From assembly GCA_024679065.1 (NCBI GenBank), contig JAGIQG010000048.1, positions 1 to 64,000 on the forward strand: a stretch of 64,000 nt of DNA, read 5' to 3'. This document shows, one piece after another, positions 24,277 through 37,243 of the stretch. The stretch comes from Sphyrna mokarran. Lineage: Eukaryota. How positions within the stretch are numbered: position 1 is the stretch's first letter; every line of letters begins with the position of its first letter. The translations under genes and the position numbers were made by a program. The notes beneath the pieces were generated by a model, which did not search any database, had not been told where the DNA came from, and saw only the letters and a list, made by a program, of their open reading frames with translations.

Positions 24277-24585
24277 GTCCTGATCTGTGCCCTGATTCCA
24301 CAGTGAAGATCCAGCCACCCCAAGTAGAGCAGGTCTTACTGGAGGCGACCGTGACTTTAACCTGCATCATTTCCAATGCTCCTTATGGAGTTAACGTGTC
24401 CTGGATCCAAGAGGGGAAGTATGTGAAATCAGAGATTGCCGAAATGCCAGGAACGAATCCTGACAGTGTGATCAGCAAATTAAACACCTCGACACAAGCC
24501 TGGCTGAGCGCGGTTGTGTTTGAGTGCGTGGTGAGCCATCAGGACCTGCCGACTCCTTTGAGAACATCTATCCGCAAGGAAACAG
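24277..24585 (+). CDS. IGHM: IgM Cmu3 exon, cluster A
   Basis: tcacag acceptor; [28 protein letters not shown]; donor GTGAGC. Confidence 0.94.
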
Positions 24586-24609
24586 GTGAGCTGAGAGATT
24601 TGAGACAAT

Positions 24610-25200
24610 AATGTAGGGTCAATGGCAGCGTTCTGAGGAATGTGGAGGAACAGAGATCTTGGGGTTCATACCCACAGATCTCTGAAGGTTGCCACTCAAG
24701 TGGATAGAGCCGTGAAGAAGCTTCTAGTGTTAGTGTTTATTAACAGGGGGTTTGAGTTTCAGAGCCATGGGGTTTTGCTACAACTGTACCAGACCTTGGT
24801 GAGACCACATTTGGAATATTATGTTCAGTTCTGGTCACTGGTGACCAGATAGAGGTTTATAGGATGATGAGGGGGATTGATAGAGTGGATGTGCAGAGAC
24901 TATTTCCCCGGGAGGATGTAGCTGTTACTAGGGGGCATGAATTATTAGGTTCATGGTGGGAGATATAGGAGGGATGTCCGAGGGAGATTCTTCACTCAGT
25001 GGTTGGGGTGTGGAATGCACTGCCTGCTGTGATAGTGCAGTCGGACACTTTAGGAACTTTCAAGCGGTTATCGGATAGACACATGGAGCACACCGGAATG
25101 ATAGGGAGTGGGATAGCTTGATCTTAAGTTTGGACATAGCTCGGTACAACATCGAGGGGCCGAAGGGCCTGTGCTATGCTGTCCTGGTCTATGTTTCTAT
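24610..25200 (+). mobile_element. CR1-type LINE 3' fragment in the Cmu3-Cmu4 intron
   Basis: RDLGVH..LYQTLVRPHLEY..QFWS; tail gggccgaagggcctgtg; mirrored at ~50085-50670. Confidence 0.88.
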
Positions 25201-25635
25201 GTAATTGCATCACTGTGTCTATCTCCAGTGGAAGTTTGCTGGTCAATAGTTAATATTCAGTGCATGAATGGTCTCGCCCCCAACTGGGCCGATGGATATT
25301 TTTACGGGGAAGTTTGATGAATGAAAAAGTGAACTGAAGGCGATGTTATTGGGTTTAGATCGCAAAAGAAGTGAGGAGCCTGATGTGGAGCATAAAAACC
25401 AAAAACTAAAATGTGGACCAGTTGGGCTGAGTGGCCTGATTCTGGGCAGTAAAATTTCCAATCCGCTCCCCCCTCTGGGTTATTTGAGAAAACAATTGTG
25501 CTCACCTCTCCTCCAAGCTGGAATTCAAAAATGGAAATAGTTAAAATCAACAGCCAAGCACGTTTTCCTGATATCTAACCAGCATTCATTGTCTCCAGAA
25601 TTCTCCAATTTATTGACATTGTACATTTTCTGCAG

Positions 25636-26027
25636 ATCCAAACCCACGGGAACCGTTGGTCTCTGTCCTCCTGCCCTCGGCAGAAGAAGTCTCCGCTCAC
25701 AGATTCGTCTCCCTCAGCTGCTTAGTGAGACGTTTCTCCCCCCGAGAGATCTTCGTCAAGTGGACCGTCAACGACAAGCCGGTGAACCCTGGGAACTACA
25801 GGAACACCGAGGTGGTGGCGGAGAACGGCAATAACTCCTTCTTCATGTACAGCCTGTTATCCATCGCAGCAGAGGAATGGTCCAGCGGGGCTTCTTACTC
25901 CTGTGTGGTGGGACATGAAGCCATCCCCTTGAAGATCATCAACAGAACAGTTGACAAATCCAGCGGTAAACCCAGTTTTGTGAACATTTCTCTTGCACTG
26001 ATGGACACTGTTAATTCCTGTCAATGA
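25636..26027 (+). CDS. IGHM: IgM Cmu4 exon plus secretory tailpiece, cluster A (internal TM donor at 25965/25966)
   Basis: [26 protein letters not shown]; tail [20 protein letters not shown] with N-glycan sequon and penultimate Cys; G/GTAAAC donor. Confidence 0.96.
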
Positions 26028-26054
26028 GAATCACTCACTTCCATTAAAAACTTC

Positions 26055-26069
26055 AATAAAAATAATAAA
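26055..26069 (+). terminator. Secretory-form polyadenylation signals, cluster A
   Basis: AATAAA at 26055 and 26064 just after the stop codon. Confidence 0.75.
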
Positions 26070-27049
26070 AACATATTCCTCTAACGAGAAATGAAATACC
26101 CAATTGTTTAATTGGTTGTTTTTCAGTTCCATTAAGTATCTTTGATTTGAGTCAAATATTCTCAGGTCTTGGACCTAAAATTGCTGAACCAGGGCTCCCA
26201 ACGGGTTAGGGTTAGAGTTGAGCACGTTCATTGCAAAATATCTTCACTGACTTTCCTCCAGCTGAGGAAAAGATAATTTCAACACTTCTGACAAACACAT
26301 TTTGACCTCTGTGTGTCCCTGCTTCTCTCATTGTCCGTGTCTTTAATTTAGATGTCAGCTTTAAACTGCTGCACCAAACCCACTGGGAACTGAAGTGAGG
26401 GTCACACACAAAGACATGGAGAAATCATCACCCTCCCCATCGGATTGAGGGAGAGTGAAATTATTAACATCCTAGATTCCCACTAACCCAGCAAAGAGAG
26501 GGGAGGAGCAGCAGCTAACCCATGCACCACAACTTCCTCAATGAAAAGAGGGGGAATGTCATTATTTAATTCACTCTCCCTCCACCTCCTCAATGGTTAG
26601 AACCATCAGAGAGAAGTAAACTCTGAGCTCTCTCTCCTGTGTTTGGAAGGGAACGACTGTCTGCTACAAGGACCCAGTTGCCAACAGTACAAATTCGTTA
26701 ATTTCTTACAGATGTTGAAGTATCATTATCTTAACCATTGTAATACATACATATGCAACATAATTCAAAACTATTTCAACACTGTTCCTGCTAATCATGT
26801 GCTGGCATTGATTTTCCCGTAATACAAATTTAAACAGGTAATAGAATCCTCCCCGGTTTTCACTGTTCTGTCCCTGACATCCATCAATGAATTATTTCAT
26901 TCACTCTCCTGACAACACCCTCACACAGTACATTTATACAGTACATTATAAAGTACATTTATACAGCACAACTCTGAAAATATGCTCCATTATTCAGGTT
27001 CTCTGGATCACATTCATTTAACGATTGTTGGTAAAACTTGGTGCAACAG

Positions 27050-29127
27050 TTTAAAAAATACACACACTGCTAATGCTGCAGAAAACTGTCAGAATTATAA
27101 ATACACACATGGGCGTGCTGACACACTCACAAACACACTCGCATACAGACACACGCATACTCACACTGACACACACACACACACATACAGACACATGGAC
27201 ACAATTGCACAAATATACACACAAATACACATGCACACAAATATAGGACATAAATATACACACAAACCCATACACATAGCCTCACACACAGAAATATGGA
27301 CAGGCACATTCAAATACAGACACATTTACACAAATACACAACACACACGAATACGTACGCAAAAAGCACAGATAAATTCATAAATACAAATGCACATTCA
27401 CGGACCATAAGTACACACAATTTCTGTACAAACACTCACGGTACCACAAATACACTAATGGACCACATCTACAAACAAAAATACATCCATACACAAATAC
27501 TCTCTCTTTCTCTCGCTCTCGGTCTCTCTCTGTCCCACACGCACCATGTACACACACCCACACATATACAGAACACACAGGCATACACCCACACAGATAG
27601 AACATTACAGCGCAGAAGAGGCTGTTCGCCCTTCGATGTTGCTCCAACCAATTAGAAAAAAGCAGTGACCCTCTAACCTAAACCATTTCCTTTTCATCCA
27701 TCAACTCATCTGCTAACCTCTTAAACGCCACCAAACTTGGCGCATCTACAACTGCAGCAGGCAGGGCATTCCATACCCTTACCACCCTCTGGGTAAAGAA
27801 CCTACCTCTGACATCCGTCCTATAATACCACCCCTTAATTTAAAGCTATGTCCCCTCATGCTAGCTTTCTCCATCCTAGGAAAAAGGCTATCACTGTCCA
27901 CCCTATCTAAACCTCTAATCATCTTATATGTTTCAATAAGGTCTCTCTTAGCCGCCTTCTTTCTAACAAAAACAACCTCAAATCTCTCAGCCTCTCTTCA
28001 TAAGACCTGCCCTCCATACCAGGCAACATCCTGGTAAACCTCCTCTGTACCCTCTCCAATGCCTCCACATCTTTTTTATAATGTGGGGACCAGAACTGCA
28101 CACAATACTCCAAGTGCGGCCGCACTAGAGTTTTGTACAGTTGCAACATGACGTTGCGGCTCCGAAATTCAATCCCCCTACCAATAAAAGCTAAGACTCC
28201 ATATGCCTTCTTAACAACCTTATCGACTTGATTGCAAACTTTCAGGGATCTATGCACATATACACCAAGATCCCTCTGTTCATCAACACTATTAAGAGTC
28301 CTACCATTAGCCCTATACTCTACACATTTCAGACAGGTACTTGTACAAGAAAGCACAAAAAAATGCACACAAATTATCAAATATGTACAAACACATGCAG
28401 AAACACATACAAACACACAAGTACACACACACCTGAACATATGTGACAGGGTACACAGACCCGAATGTAAACACATGTATGCACACGTGCTATACGAACA
28501 GATAACATTGATGCAGATCCAAAACATACAAACACATGCATGCACTCAAACAAATACATATTCTCACACGTTCACGCTGAAATGAAATGATATGAATAGA
28601 GACCCACAATGTTATACATATTATCACTTATACGGGGAGATACAGATAACAATATTAACACACTGCAAATAGATGAACAGAGAGCATATAGATGAACAAA
28701 CGCAAACACGTGGATGCAAACATTCACATGCTCATACAGAACACCACAGCACACAATACTACACATGGAAACATATACATACACTGACACATCGCTATAA
28801 ATAACTAACAACATGGCTATACATGCAGTAACATGTTAACAGATACACGAAGGAACAAACACACAGAAAGGGACGGAAACGTTACTCGACTGACAGAAAT
28901 TAACACATTGAAAAAGGCAGAGACACGTGCACACATTAAGAGATACGTTAATAAATGCACAGAGACTTCACACAGTAATAATCATTTATCCACAATATCT
29001 GGAGAACAAAACATACAACCAAAAACAGCAACTACACAAATCAACAAACACAGGCAAATGAACAATTTCATTAACACTCACACACATTTAACTCAGGACC
29101 AAAGAGTAATGTAGCTCACAAAGTGTT

Positions 29128-29165
<38 letters not shown>
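27050..29165. repeat. Degenerate (CA)n-rich tract interrupted by a LINE
   Basis: CA/TA-rich sequence ending in pure (CA)n at ~29129-29162; mirrored at ~46170-48250. Confidence 0.88.
27600..28325 (-). mobile_element. Young CR1/HER1-like LINE 3' fragment
   Basis: QRDLGVYVHRSLK..LYKTLVRPHLEYCVQFWSPHYKKD..LERVQRRFTRML; mirrored at ~46996-47725. Confidence 0.92.
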
Positions 29166-29167
<2 letters not shown>

Positions 29168-29726
29168 ATCTTAAATACAAGCGGCAGGCAAATGATGAAA
29201 GTAACATTTAAATGTGAATTTTAATGGTCATATCCACCCACAACTATCCTGATGCACAACGCACCACCAAACACGTTGAGAAACTGAATTGAGCTCATGA
29301 TTTACTAAACAAACCCACCGTAAATAAACAAAGATCGGAAATTATATCCCAACTCTTAAACAGCAGCATTCACAGTTACAGATCTGACACCGTCTGTGAG
29401 AACAATCATCAGTTTCTCCATATCAATCATAACATTCTTCAATGAGGGATACTGGCAAATAGTTCAAAATGAACTGATTCTCAAGGGAACATCTTCAGCG
29501 CTTCCTGACACAAACAGTCCAAGGAATGTACATAAGGATCAGGCATGAAAATATTTACAGAGATCGGTTACTCAGTGTCCTGAACTTAATGGTAAACATA
29601 CATTGAAAACTATACAAGAGACCGAATGAACGGTTTATCAAGGAGAACAGGGAACAGAAAAATAACAATAACATTCCCTGGATAAATAAAGTAATCTAAT
29701 TTAAATTTCTGGTCTCCGTCCCCTAG

Positions 29727-29854
29727 ACCCCACTGACCGCACCTGGATTGAAGACAATGAGGACGATAACAGCAACATCTGGACAACCGCTTCCACATTC
29801 ATTGTCCTGTTCTTCCTGAGCATTTTCTACAGCACCGCAGTCACTCTGGTGAAG
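29727..29854 (+). CDS. IGHM: IgM transmembrane exon TM1, cluster A
   Basis: ccctag acceptor; DPTDRTWIEDNEDDNSNIWTTASTFIVLFFLSIFYSTAVTLVK (CART motif); donor GTGAGA; not in the ORF track. Confidence 0.95.
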
Positions 29855-29994
29855 GTGAGATGGTTCAGTTCACTCACATTTCAAACTGGCAGAATGGATT
29901 TGACAGATCTCTCAATGTTTCACTAATTAAAAACTGTAACATTAATGTCCCGCATCACAAACATCTGCTTCATTATTGTCTCTTTATTTTACAG

Positions 29995-30003
29995 ATCAAA
30001 TGA
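29995..30003 (+). CDS. IGHM: IgM TM2 exon coding part (IK-stop), cluster A
   Basis: ttttacag|ATC AAA TGA. Confidence 0.85.
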   Translation: MK

Positions 30004-30447
30004 TGGGTTGAATTTTGGAAACTGCAGATTTCCCTCAGCTGATGATCAACACCTCTGTATGGCTCATATACAATATCTGCTCTTGGTGAATCTATCAGTA
30101 AAATTCTCTCAGTTTATCATTCTGAATCGGAGGCAATCATAGAGCTTATTTCAGTTTTCAATGTGAAATATACCAGTTTTTTTTGTTATAATGTAATTGG
30201 GGTTAATAGTTTCCCTCTAGTTTAAAGATCATGTATAAATAAGAAACTTTTCTCATTCCTTATTCATGTTTGTTAATTCCTCTTTCTATTACGGTCCTGT
30301 TTTCTCTTTCTGGTGTATGTAACAGATGTACAAATATTGATGGATTCCCTGGACGTGTTCTGTTCTTAGTGTGAAGCTCGATCGCTCTGTTCACTTTTCT
30401 AACTTTAAAAAAAATACTTTCGCTGTAAAATATTCTCTGAATTTTTA

Positions 30448-30464
30448 AATAAATTTTGAATAAA
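30448..30464 (+). terminator. Probable membrane-form polyadenylation signals, cluster A
   Basis: Tandem AATAAA ~450 bp after the TM2 stop. Confidence 0.55.
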
Positions 30465-31647
30465 AATTTAACTATCCCTGGTTTGCCTTAATTCCGTTCT
30501 GCTAAACCCATCCACTCCGTTCCATTTCCCTATTAAATGGTTTTCGCCCCCTTTCCCAGACAGGAATATTCCCCCCAGTTATGTGTGGGATGTGATTGAA
30601 CTCAAAACCCTTTAGCCACTGCGCCGTCCAGTGACCCATCTGTGTAAAGACACCTTCATCTCTGCCTTTTTAATAAGAAAATCCAGGGACGGAATGAATT
30701 AAGAATGAGGAGAACCTCAGTCATTTCACTCATAAACTGGTCTGTCACTGACAGAGTTTCAGGTAATTCTAATCAGCAAAAGGCTCTGCTTCCTCAGAGG
30801 CCGATGCAGGAGAGTGTGCGGCAGAAGATAATTTCCTTCACACTGCCCCAGTAAAACACCAGCAGTGTCGCTGCAGCGTGGGTTAACCGAATTTCTCAAT
30901 ATATCCTCCGATTGAATACTTCCAAGGCAGTCATAACATCTAACATCTACAATCAAAAACTAATCAATTATAGTCAAAAACTAATCAATTATCGATTTCA
31001 TACCGATCATTCCCGCCTCATATTAGTTTAAAATCAATTACACTCCACCATTCAATCGTGATGGGTTTCTCATTCCTATTTTCCTGCCCTCTCTACATAA
31101 CCCAAGATCACTTTCTTGACCAAGAACCTATTTAACTCTGTCTGAAAGACACCCAGTGACCTGACTCCCCCACAGGCCTCTGCAGCGATGAGTTCCACAG
31201 ATTCAGCACCACCCCCTCCTCCCCCCTACCCCCGTGTGAAGGAATTCCGCCTCAGCTCATAGAATCCCTACAGTCCAGAAGGAGGATACTCAGCCCATCA
31301 ACAGCGAGGAGGAATATTCCCACAAGATGCTGGAAGTGATTGCAGTAAACAAAATTGAAAAGTGTAAATGTAGACAATTTTTTTGTATGCACAATCAAGA
31401 GTTGCATATCAAATGTATAGCTTGAGGAGATGGTAGATTTAAATCAGAGGTGAGGAGCATCTCTGCTTCTCACAGAGGATGGTGAATTTGTAGAATGCAT
31501 TGCCCCATAGCGCTGTGGAGTTTCAATCATTAAATGATTTTTGAAGAAGGAGAAGTATATATTCCTGAGAGTAAGAGGGATGAGGTGATATTGGAACAGG
31601 TGGGGAGATGGATTTGAGACCTGGGAGAGATCAGTCATGAACTGATT

Positions 31648-31985
31648 ACAAAGAACAAAACAGCACGGGAAACAGGCCCTTCAGCCCAACGAGCCCACGC
31701 TGCCACCCCGATGTTCCCACCTCTACCCGTGATCCCTGTCTATGTTTATAGATCTATGGATTAAAAACCAAATTTGAGACAATTTAGGGAGAATTTGTTT
31801 TGCCAATTAGCCTAAGAGCACATCCTTGGGATGTGGGAGGAAACCGGAGCACCCGGAGAAAACCCACGCAAGCATGGGGAGAATGTGCAAACTCCCACAG
31901 ACACAGGCCCCAAATCCATGTATCTGCACAGCACAGCGATAGTCACTGAGCTGTCGTGTTGCCCATCAAACGGTCCAGGTCAAGC
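31648..31985 (-). mobile_element. Young V-SINE/HE1-like SINE
   Basis: Core gggaggaaaccggagcacccggagaaaacccacgca..tgtgcaaactccc and LINE-type tail; near-identical copies at 38370-38707, 38950-39292 and 41835-42175. Confidence 0.85.
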
Positions 31986-32858
31986 AATTTGCAGTGTGTG
32001 TTTTATAGATCAGAGTGAGTTAGGGGCTGGAAATGCGCTGAAGTCACAAATTATAAGAAGGAGCTGTATTTAAATGTACAGAGAACATAACAGAGAGACT
32101 GGGTTCAGCTGGATTTCTGAAGGGACGAAGGAAAAAGATGTGGGTTTAAAAAAAAATGGAAAATCAGCGTAAACGAGATTTGTGTCCCATTATACTGAAC
32201 AATTATTTAATAAATCTGGATGAGAAAATAGAGAAATCTTTCAAACAATACAAGGTAAGCTCATAAAATAATTAGTTGGCAATCGACATATTTACTCGTG
32301 GGAAGAGGAATATGAATGCAAGTACATTTTCCCTGTGAATATTACTGACAGAGAGATTAATGCAGTTGCTTTACTAATTGTTTGCTTTCTGGGGAAAGAG
32401 GGAAATAAAATTTCCCCTAAATCTCTCCTCAAACCTGCTTCACTATCTTGTGATTAGACTGGTACAGCACCACCATCTGGTGGCGGCCCACTGTAACTGC
32501 AGGCGCTGCTGTTCGTTGGTCTCAGAGAAGGTCAGTCACTCGCTGGGAACATCTGCAAAACCTGGGGCTAAAATGGGAATATTGAACGATATTGTCCGGG
32601 ATTGGAGTTTCCAGGAGGAGGAGGAGGAATTCGCCCTTTGTTTTATAACCAGACACCGCACATAAACCGTGTTCTTCATTCCCCACAGGGGGATATTGTC
32701 TGGAGATTGCAGTTGGGATTATTTTCAGACTGCAAATTGTACATTCCATGCAGTTCTCAAATGTTCATCAGCTTCAGAATATTAGTGGGGAAACTTTTCT
32801 GTCCTCTGTACTTCGTTTGTCAGACGTTTTCAAGGACTTCTCTTACAAGGGACACATC

Positions 32859-33149
32859 NNNNNNNNNNNNNNNNNNNNNNNNNNNNNNNNNNNNNNNNNN
32901 NNNNNNNNNNNNNNNNNNNNNNNNNNNNNNNNNNNNNNNNNNNNNNNNNNNNNNNNNNNNNNNNNNNNNNNNNNNNNNNNNNNNNNNNNNNNNNNNNNNN
33001 NNNNNNNNNNNNNNNNNNNNNNNNNNNNNNNNNNNNNNNNNNNNNNNNNNNNNNNNNNNNNNNNNNNNNNNNNNNNNNNNNNNNNNNNNNNNNNNNNNNN
33101 NNNNNNNNNNNNNNNNNNNNNNNNNNNNNNNNNNNNNNNNNNNNNNNNN
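32859..33149. other. Assembly gap (N run)
   Basis: Run of N; mirror position of gap 37244-37510. Confidence 1.
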
Positions 33150-33199
33150 ACACACAGGTCCTGGAGCACTTAGAGTTAGCGGACACACACAAATACATA

Positions 33200-33253
<54 letters not shown>

Positions 33254-33379
33254 TATACAGAGCTACAGGGGGCATATACTGATTCAGGGCTACATGTCAA
33301 TGCAGGGGCACACAAAGATTCAGGCGAGCACACACACAGATACTGGAAATTACAAAGTTAGAAGGGCACACACAGAAAC

Positions 33380-33815
33380 AGGGGTAAACAAACAGTGAAA
33401 CTGGGGCGTACACAGAATCAGGGGTATACAAACAGTGAAACTGGAGTGTACACAGATACAAAGGTACACAGAATCAGGGGTATACAAACAGTGAAACTGG
33501 GGCATATACAGATACAAAGGTACACAGAATCAGGGGTATACAAACAGTGAAACTGGGGCATATACAGATACAAAGGTACACAGAATCAGGGGTATACAAA
33601 CAGTGAAACTGGAGTATACACAGATACAAAGGTACACAGAATTAGGGGTATACAAACAGTGAAACTGGGCCATACACAGATACAAAGGTACACAGAATCA
33701 GGGGTATACAAACAGTGAAACTGGGCCATACACAGATACAAAGGTACACAGAATCAGGGGTATACGAACAGTGAAACTGGAGTATACACAGATACAAGGG
33801 TACACACAGAATCAG
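33380..33815. repeat. 56-bp minisatellite, ~7 units
   Basis: Unit cagaatcaggggtatacaaacagtgaaactggRGYRtacacagatacaaaggtaca; GAATC recurs every 56 bp. Confidence 0.92.
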
Positions 33816-34377
33816 GAGCATATACAATCTCTCAGCTTGTACACTGCCAAACTCTCCCTCGTAGTTCCAGACTTTTCAATGAGATCCCATCTCATTATTC
33901 CAAACCCCAGAGAGAACCGTGTCATGGCATTAAATCCCTTTTCCGAGGGTAACTGCCTCGCACAGTAATCAATCCAGTGAACCTTGGTTACACAGACAGT
34001 GAGAGCTGAGAGGGAAATAAGAGGAAAATTGGGAAAGGAGATCTAGGCACAGAGAGAGTGAAATAGACTGAGGCTGATACACAGAAGCAAGGAGAGACAG
34101 GTATAGACAGGGAATGGAGCAGTCAGCCATATCACGTGAATGAAACACAGCAGACATACAACCAAGGGCTGGATCCCACAGGCACTGGCTCCTCTGAATT
34201 GTCAATTAGGGGTAAAGAGAATGTGAACGAGCAGAGCCAACTTCTGCAAACACCTTAAATTAATTGTGTTGATGGATTCTCTGCATTGTCAGGTTCTCAA
34301 ACTAAAGCCTAATTAAACTCACCCTGCCGTGTGCAGGGTAAAGAAATGAACGAGATTAGGCCGCGAGTAACAGTGGG

Positions 34378-34450
34378 GGGGTCATCCGGGATTTGAACCC
34401 GGGGACCTCTCGCACCCAAAGCGAGAATCACACCCCCAGGCCAACGAGCC
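34378..34450 (-). tRNA. tRNA-Pro(TGG)-like gene, probably a pseudogene
   Basis: GGCTCGTTGGCCTGGGGGTGTGATTCTCGCTTTGGGTGCGAGAGGTCCCCGGGTTCAAATCCCGGATGACCCC; D-arm and acceptor-stem changes plus one extra C relative to vertebrate tRNA-Pro. Confidence 0.8.
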
Positions 34451-35344
34451 ACTGGCCAGACGGCTGTTCAAGTGCAATAATTTATATTGTCATCTAAATA
34501 CCCAGGAGCGAGGCGGCGTTCCAGCAGAAAAGGGCAGTGATACAATTCAGGAGAGATAAAAACAATTTCCGTGCGGTCCATGGCCTGAGTGTGAGGGAGA
34601 TGGAAATATCACACAAATGTTTATAGCACAGAATGAAACCATTCACAGGATATTTGAAGCAGCCGGGTGTGCTGTGGATAATAGGGAAGCGGTGGGTGAA
34701 CTGTGTAGGGATTACACAGGAACCGCAGTGATGAGGTTGGTAGATTTGGGGAATTGGAAGTAAGACAGGAGCAGTTTGTGAGACTGTTTCACCTCATTGC
34801 CGCTTTCATACTGCACTGAACAGTAATCACTGTTCCCCTTGGATGAAGGAGTCACTTGTTTTCCACATGAACAGGTCGTGAGAGGGCTGCTCTTGGATCT
34901 TTGTTTCGAGAGTATCCTAGTGCTTCACGTTTTTGTTCTCTGTTCTTTATATGCCACCGTGGCACCCATAAATGAATTCAAGAAAGAAAATCATCATGTA
35001 TTACACGTTAGATTCCCCCAACGGCTCCTCTACTCTGTGAAAATTAACGGCGGAAGAAAACTGGTTGACTTGTAATTAATTAATTGAGTTGACAGGGAAA
35101 CATGACATTGATATCAACCTTTGACAGAGAATTTAACGAACGGACACAGTGATCGAGAAAGTTCTTTGTCAGCATCCAGATCCCTCTACAGACTTTCAGT
35201 GAATGGAATGATAGATGTGACGATAGCTCGTCCTCAGATTTGTTGTTCCACATTCTCTTGCTTGTGTTTTACTACTTCAGAAATCAAGCTGGCCCTTTGT
35301 TGGAATTGTGTCGGCGACAACTTTAATCCTTTCAGGTTTCCTGG

Positions 35345-35650
35345 GTACACCCAGGTCCCTCTGCACTGTAACATGCTGCAGCTTTTCGCCCTTTAAATAA
35401 TATTCCCTCCTACTATTATTTCTACCAAAGTGGATAACCTCATGTTAGCTAATGTTATACTCCATCTGCCAGGTCCTCGCTCATTCACTCAGCCTATCCA
35501 GATCCCTCTACAGACTTTCTGCACCCTCCACTTTTCCACTCATCTTCGTGTCATCGGCAAATTTTGTTCCCCTACACTCAGCACCCCCGCCCCCCTCCTC
35601 CAGATCGTCTATGTATATGGTAAATAGTTGAGGCCCCAGCACCGAGCCCA
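35345..35650 (-). mobile_element. CR1-type LINE RT fragment in the palindrome spacer
   Basis: Homologous to 10-300 in the same orientation. Confidence 0.75.
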
Positions 35651-35809
35651 GTACCCATCCTCGGGATATCAGGAATAAATGAAATGAACCTCACTAAGAG
35701 TAATCTGATTTTTTTCCCCCATGCTGATTGGTGAATCTTCAAATCCAGGATGGAAAGAGGGAACATGATTAGGTTGATGCGGGAGGGTTGTAATATTTGG
35801 ATCATGAGT

Positions 35810-36142
35810 GGTACTGCTTGGTAGACTAACGGGACTGAAGGTGGACAAGTCCCCGGGCCCCGGATGGAATGCGTCCCAGAGTTCTGAAAGAAATGGCAGA
35901 GGTGATAGCGGATATCTTAGTAATTATTTATCAAAATTCGCTGGGGGAGTGCCAGAGAATTGGAAAACAGCTAATGTTACGCCTTGTTTAAAAAAGACAG
36001 CAGGCAAAAGGCAGGGAATTATAGGCCACTTAGCTTAACGTAGTTGGAAAAAATTGAATCCATCGTCGAAGAAGAAATAGCGAGGCACTTCGAAAAGAAC
36101 GGTTTGATCAAGCAGACACAGCACGGATTCGTGTAGGGGAAA
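35810..36142 (+). mobile_element. CR1-type LINE ORF2 fragment in the palindrome spacer
   Basis: [52 protein letters not shown]. Confidence 0.85.
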
Positions 36143-36749
36143 AACAGGACGGGAAATAGGCCCTTCAGCCCAACAAGCCCCTGAATTGTATCACTGCGCT
36201 TTTCTGCCTAATCTCGTTCATTTCTTTACCCTGCACACGGCAGGGTGAGTTTAATTAGGCTTTAGTTTGAGAACCTGACAATGCAGAGAATCCATCAACA
36301 CAATTAATTTAAGGTGTTTTCAGAAGTTGGCTCTGCTCGTTCACATTCTCTTTACCCCTAATTGACAATTCAGAGGAGCCAGTGCCTGTGGGATCCAGCC
36401 CCTGGTTGTATGTCTGCTGTGTTTCATTCACGTGATTTGGCTGACTGCTCCATTCCCTGTCTATACCTGTCTCTCCTTGCTTCTGTGTATCAGCCTCAGT
36501 CTATTTCCCTCTCTCTGTGCCTAGATCTCCTTTCCCAATTTTCCTCTTATTTCCCTCTAAGCTCTCACTGTCTGTGTAACCAAGGTTCACTGGATTGATT
36601 ACTGTGCGAGGCAGTTACCCTCGGAAAAGGGATTTAATACCATGACATGGTTCTCTCTGGGCTTTGGAATAATGAGATGGGATCTCATTGAAAAGTCTGG
36701 AACTACGAGGGAGAGTTTGGCAGTGTACAAGCTGAGAGATTGTATATGC

Positions 36750-37020
36750 TCCTGATTCTGTGTGTACCCCTGTATCTGTGTATACTCCAGTTTCACTGTT
36801 TGTATACCCCTGATTCTGTGTACCTTTGTACCTGTGTACACCCCAGTTTCACTGTTTGTATACCCCTGATTCTGTGTACCTTTGTATCTGTATATGCCCC
36901 AGTTTCACTGTTTGTATACCCCTGATTCTGTGTACCTTTGTATCTGTGTACACTCCAGTTTCACTGTTTGTATACCCCTGATTCTGTGTACGCCCCAGTT
37001 TCACTGTTTGTTTACCCCTG
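36750..37020. repeat. 56-bp minisatellite, ~4 units (inverted copy)
   Basis: Reverse complement of the 33380-33815 unit. Confidence 0.9.
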
Positions 37021-37152
37021 TTTCTGTGTGTGCCCTTCTAACTTTGTAATTTCCAGTATCTGTGTGTGTGCTCGCCTGAATCTTTGTGTGCCCCTGCATT
37101 GACATGTAGCCCTGAATCAGTATATGCCCCCTGTAGCTCTGTATACCCCTGT

Positions 37153-37193
<41 letters not shown>

Positions 37194-37243
37194 TATGTAT
37201 TTGTGTGTGTCCGCTAACTCTGAGTGCTCCAGGACCTGTGTGT

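Larger units (their letters stand above)
10760..34550 (+). repeat. Left arm of large inverted duplication (contains IgM cluster A)
   Basis: Colinear reverse-complement match to 64000-43607 and 38707-36180, including introns and embedded repeats; mirrored ORFs in the track; true outer end not determinable in this window. Confidence 0.95.

Noticed and set aside
26203-26218. Telomere-like GGTTAGGGTTAG
   Set aside because: Only about two units; expected by chance.
32602-33333. Long ORFs containing X runs (also 37066-37617)
   Set aside because: Artefacts of reading through N gaps.
33380-33815. Regularly spaced repeats as a CRISPR array
   Set aside because: Head-to-tail 56-bp units without unique spacers in vertebrate DNA: a minisatellite.
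30500-34350. Shared 3' enhancer between the convergent clusters
   Set aside because: Plausible from teleost E-mu-3' position, but I could not identify a convincing octamer/E-box cluster by eye.
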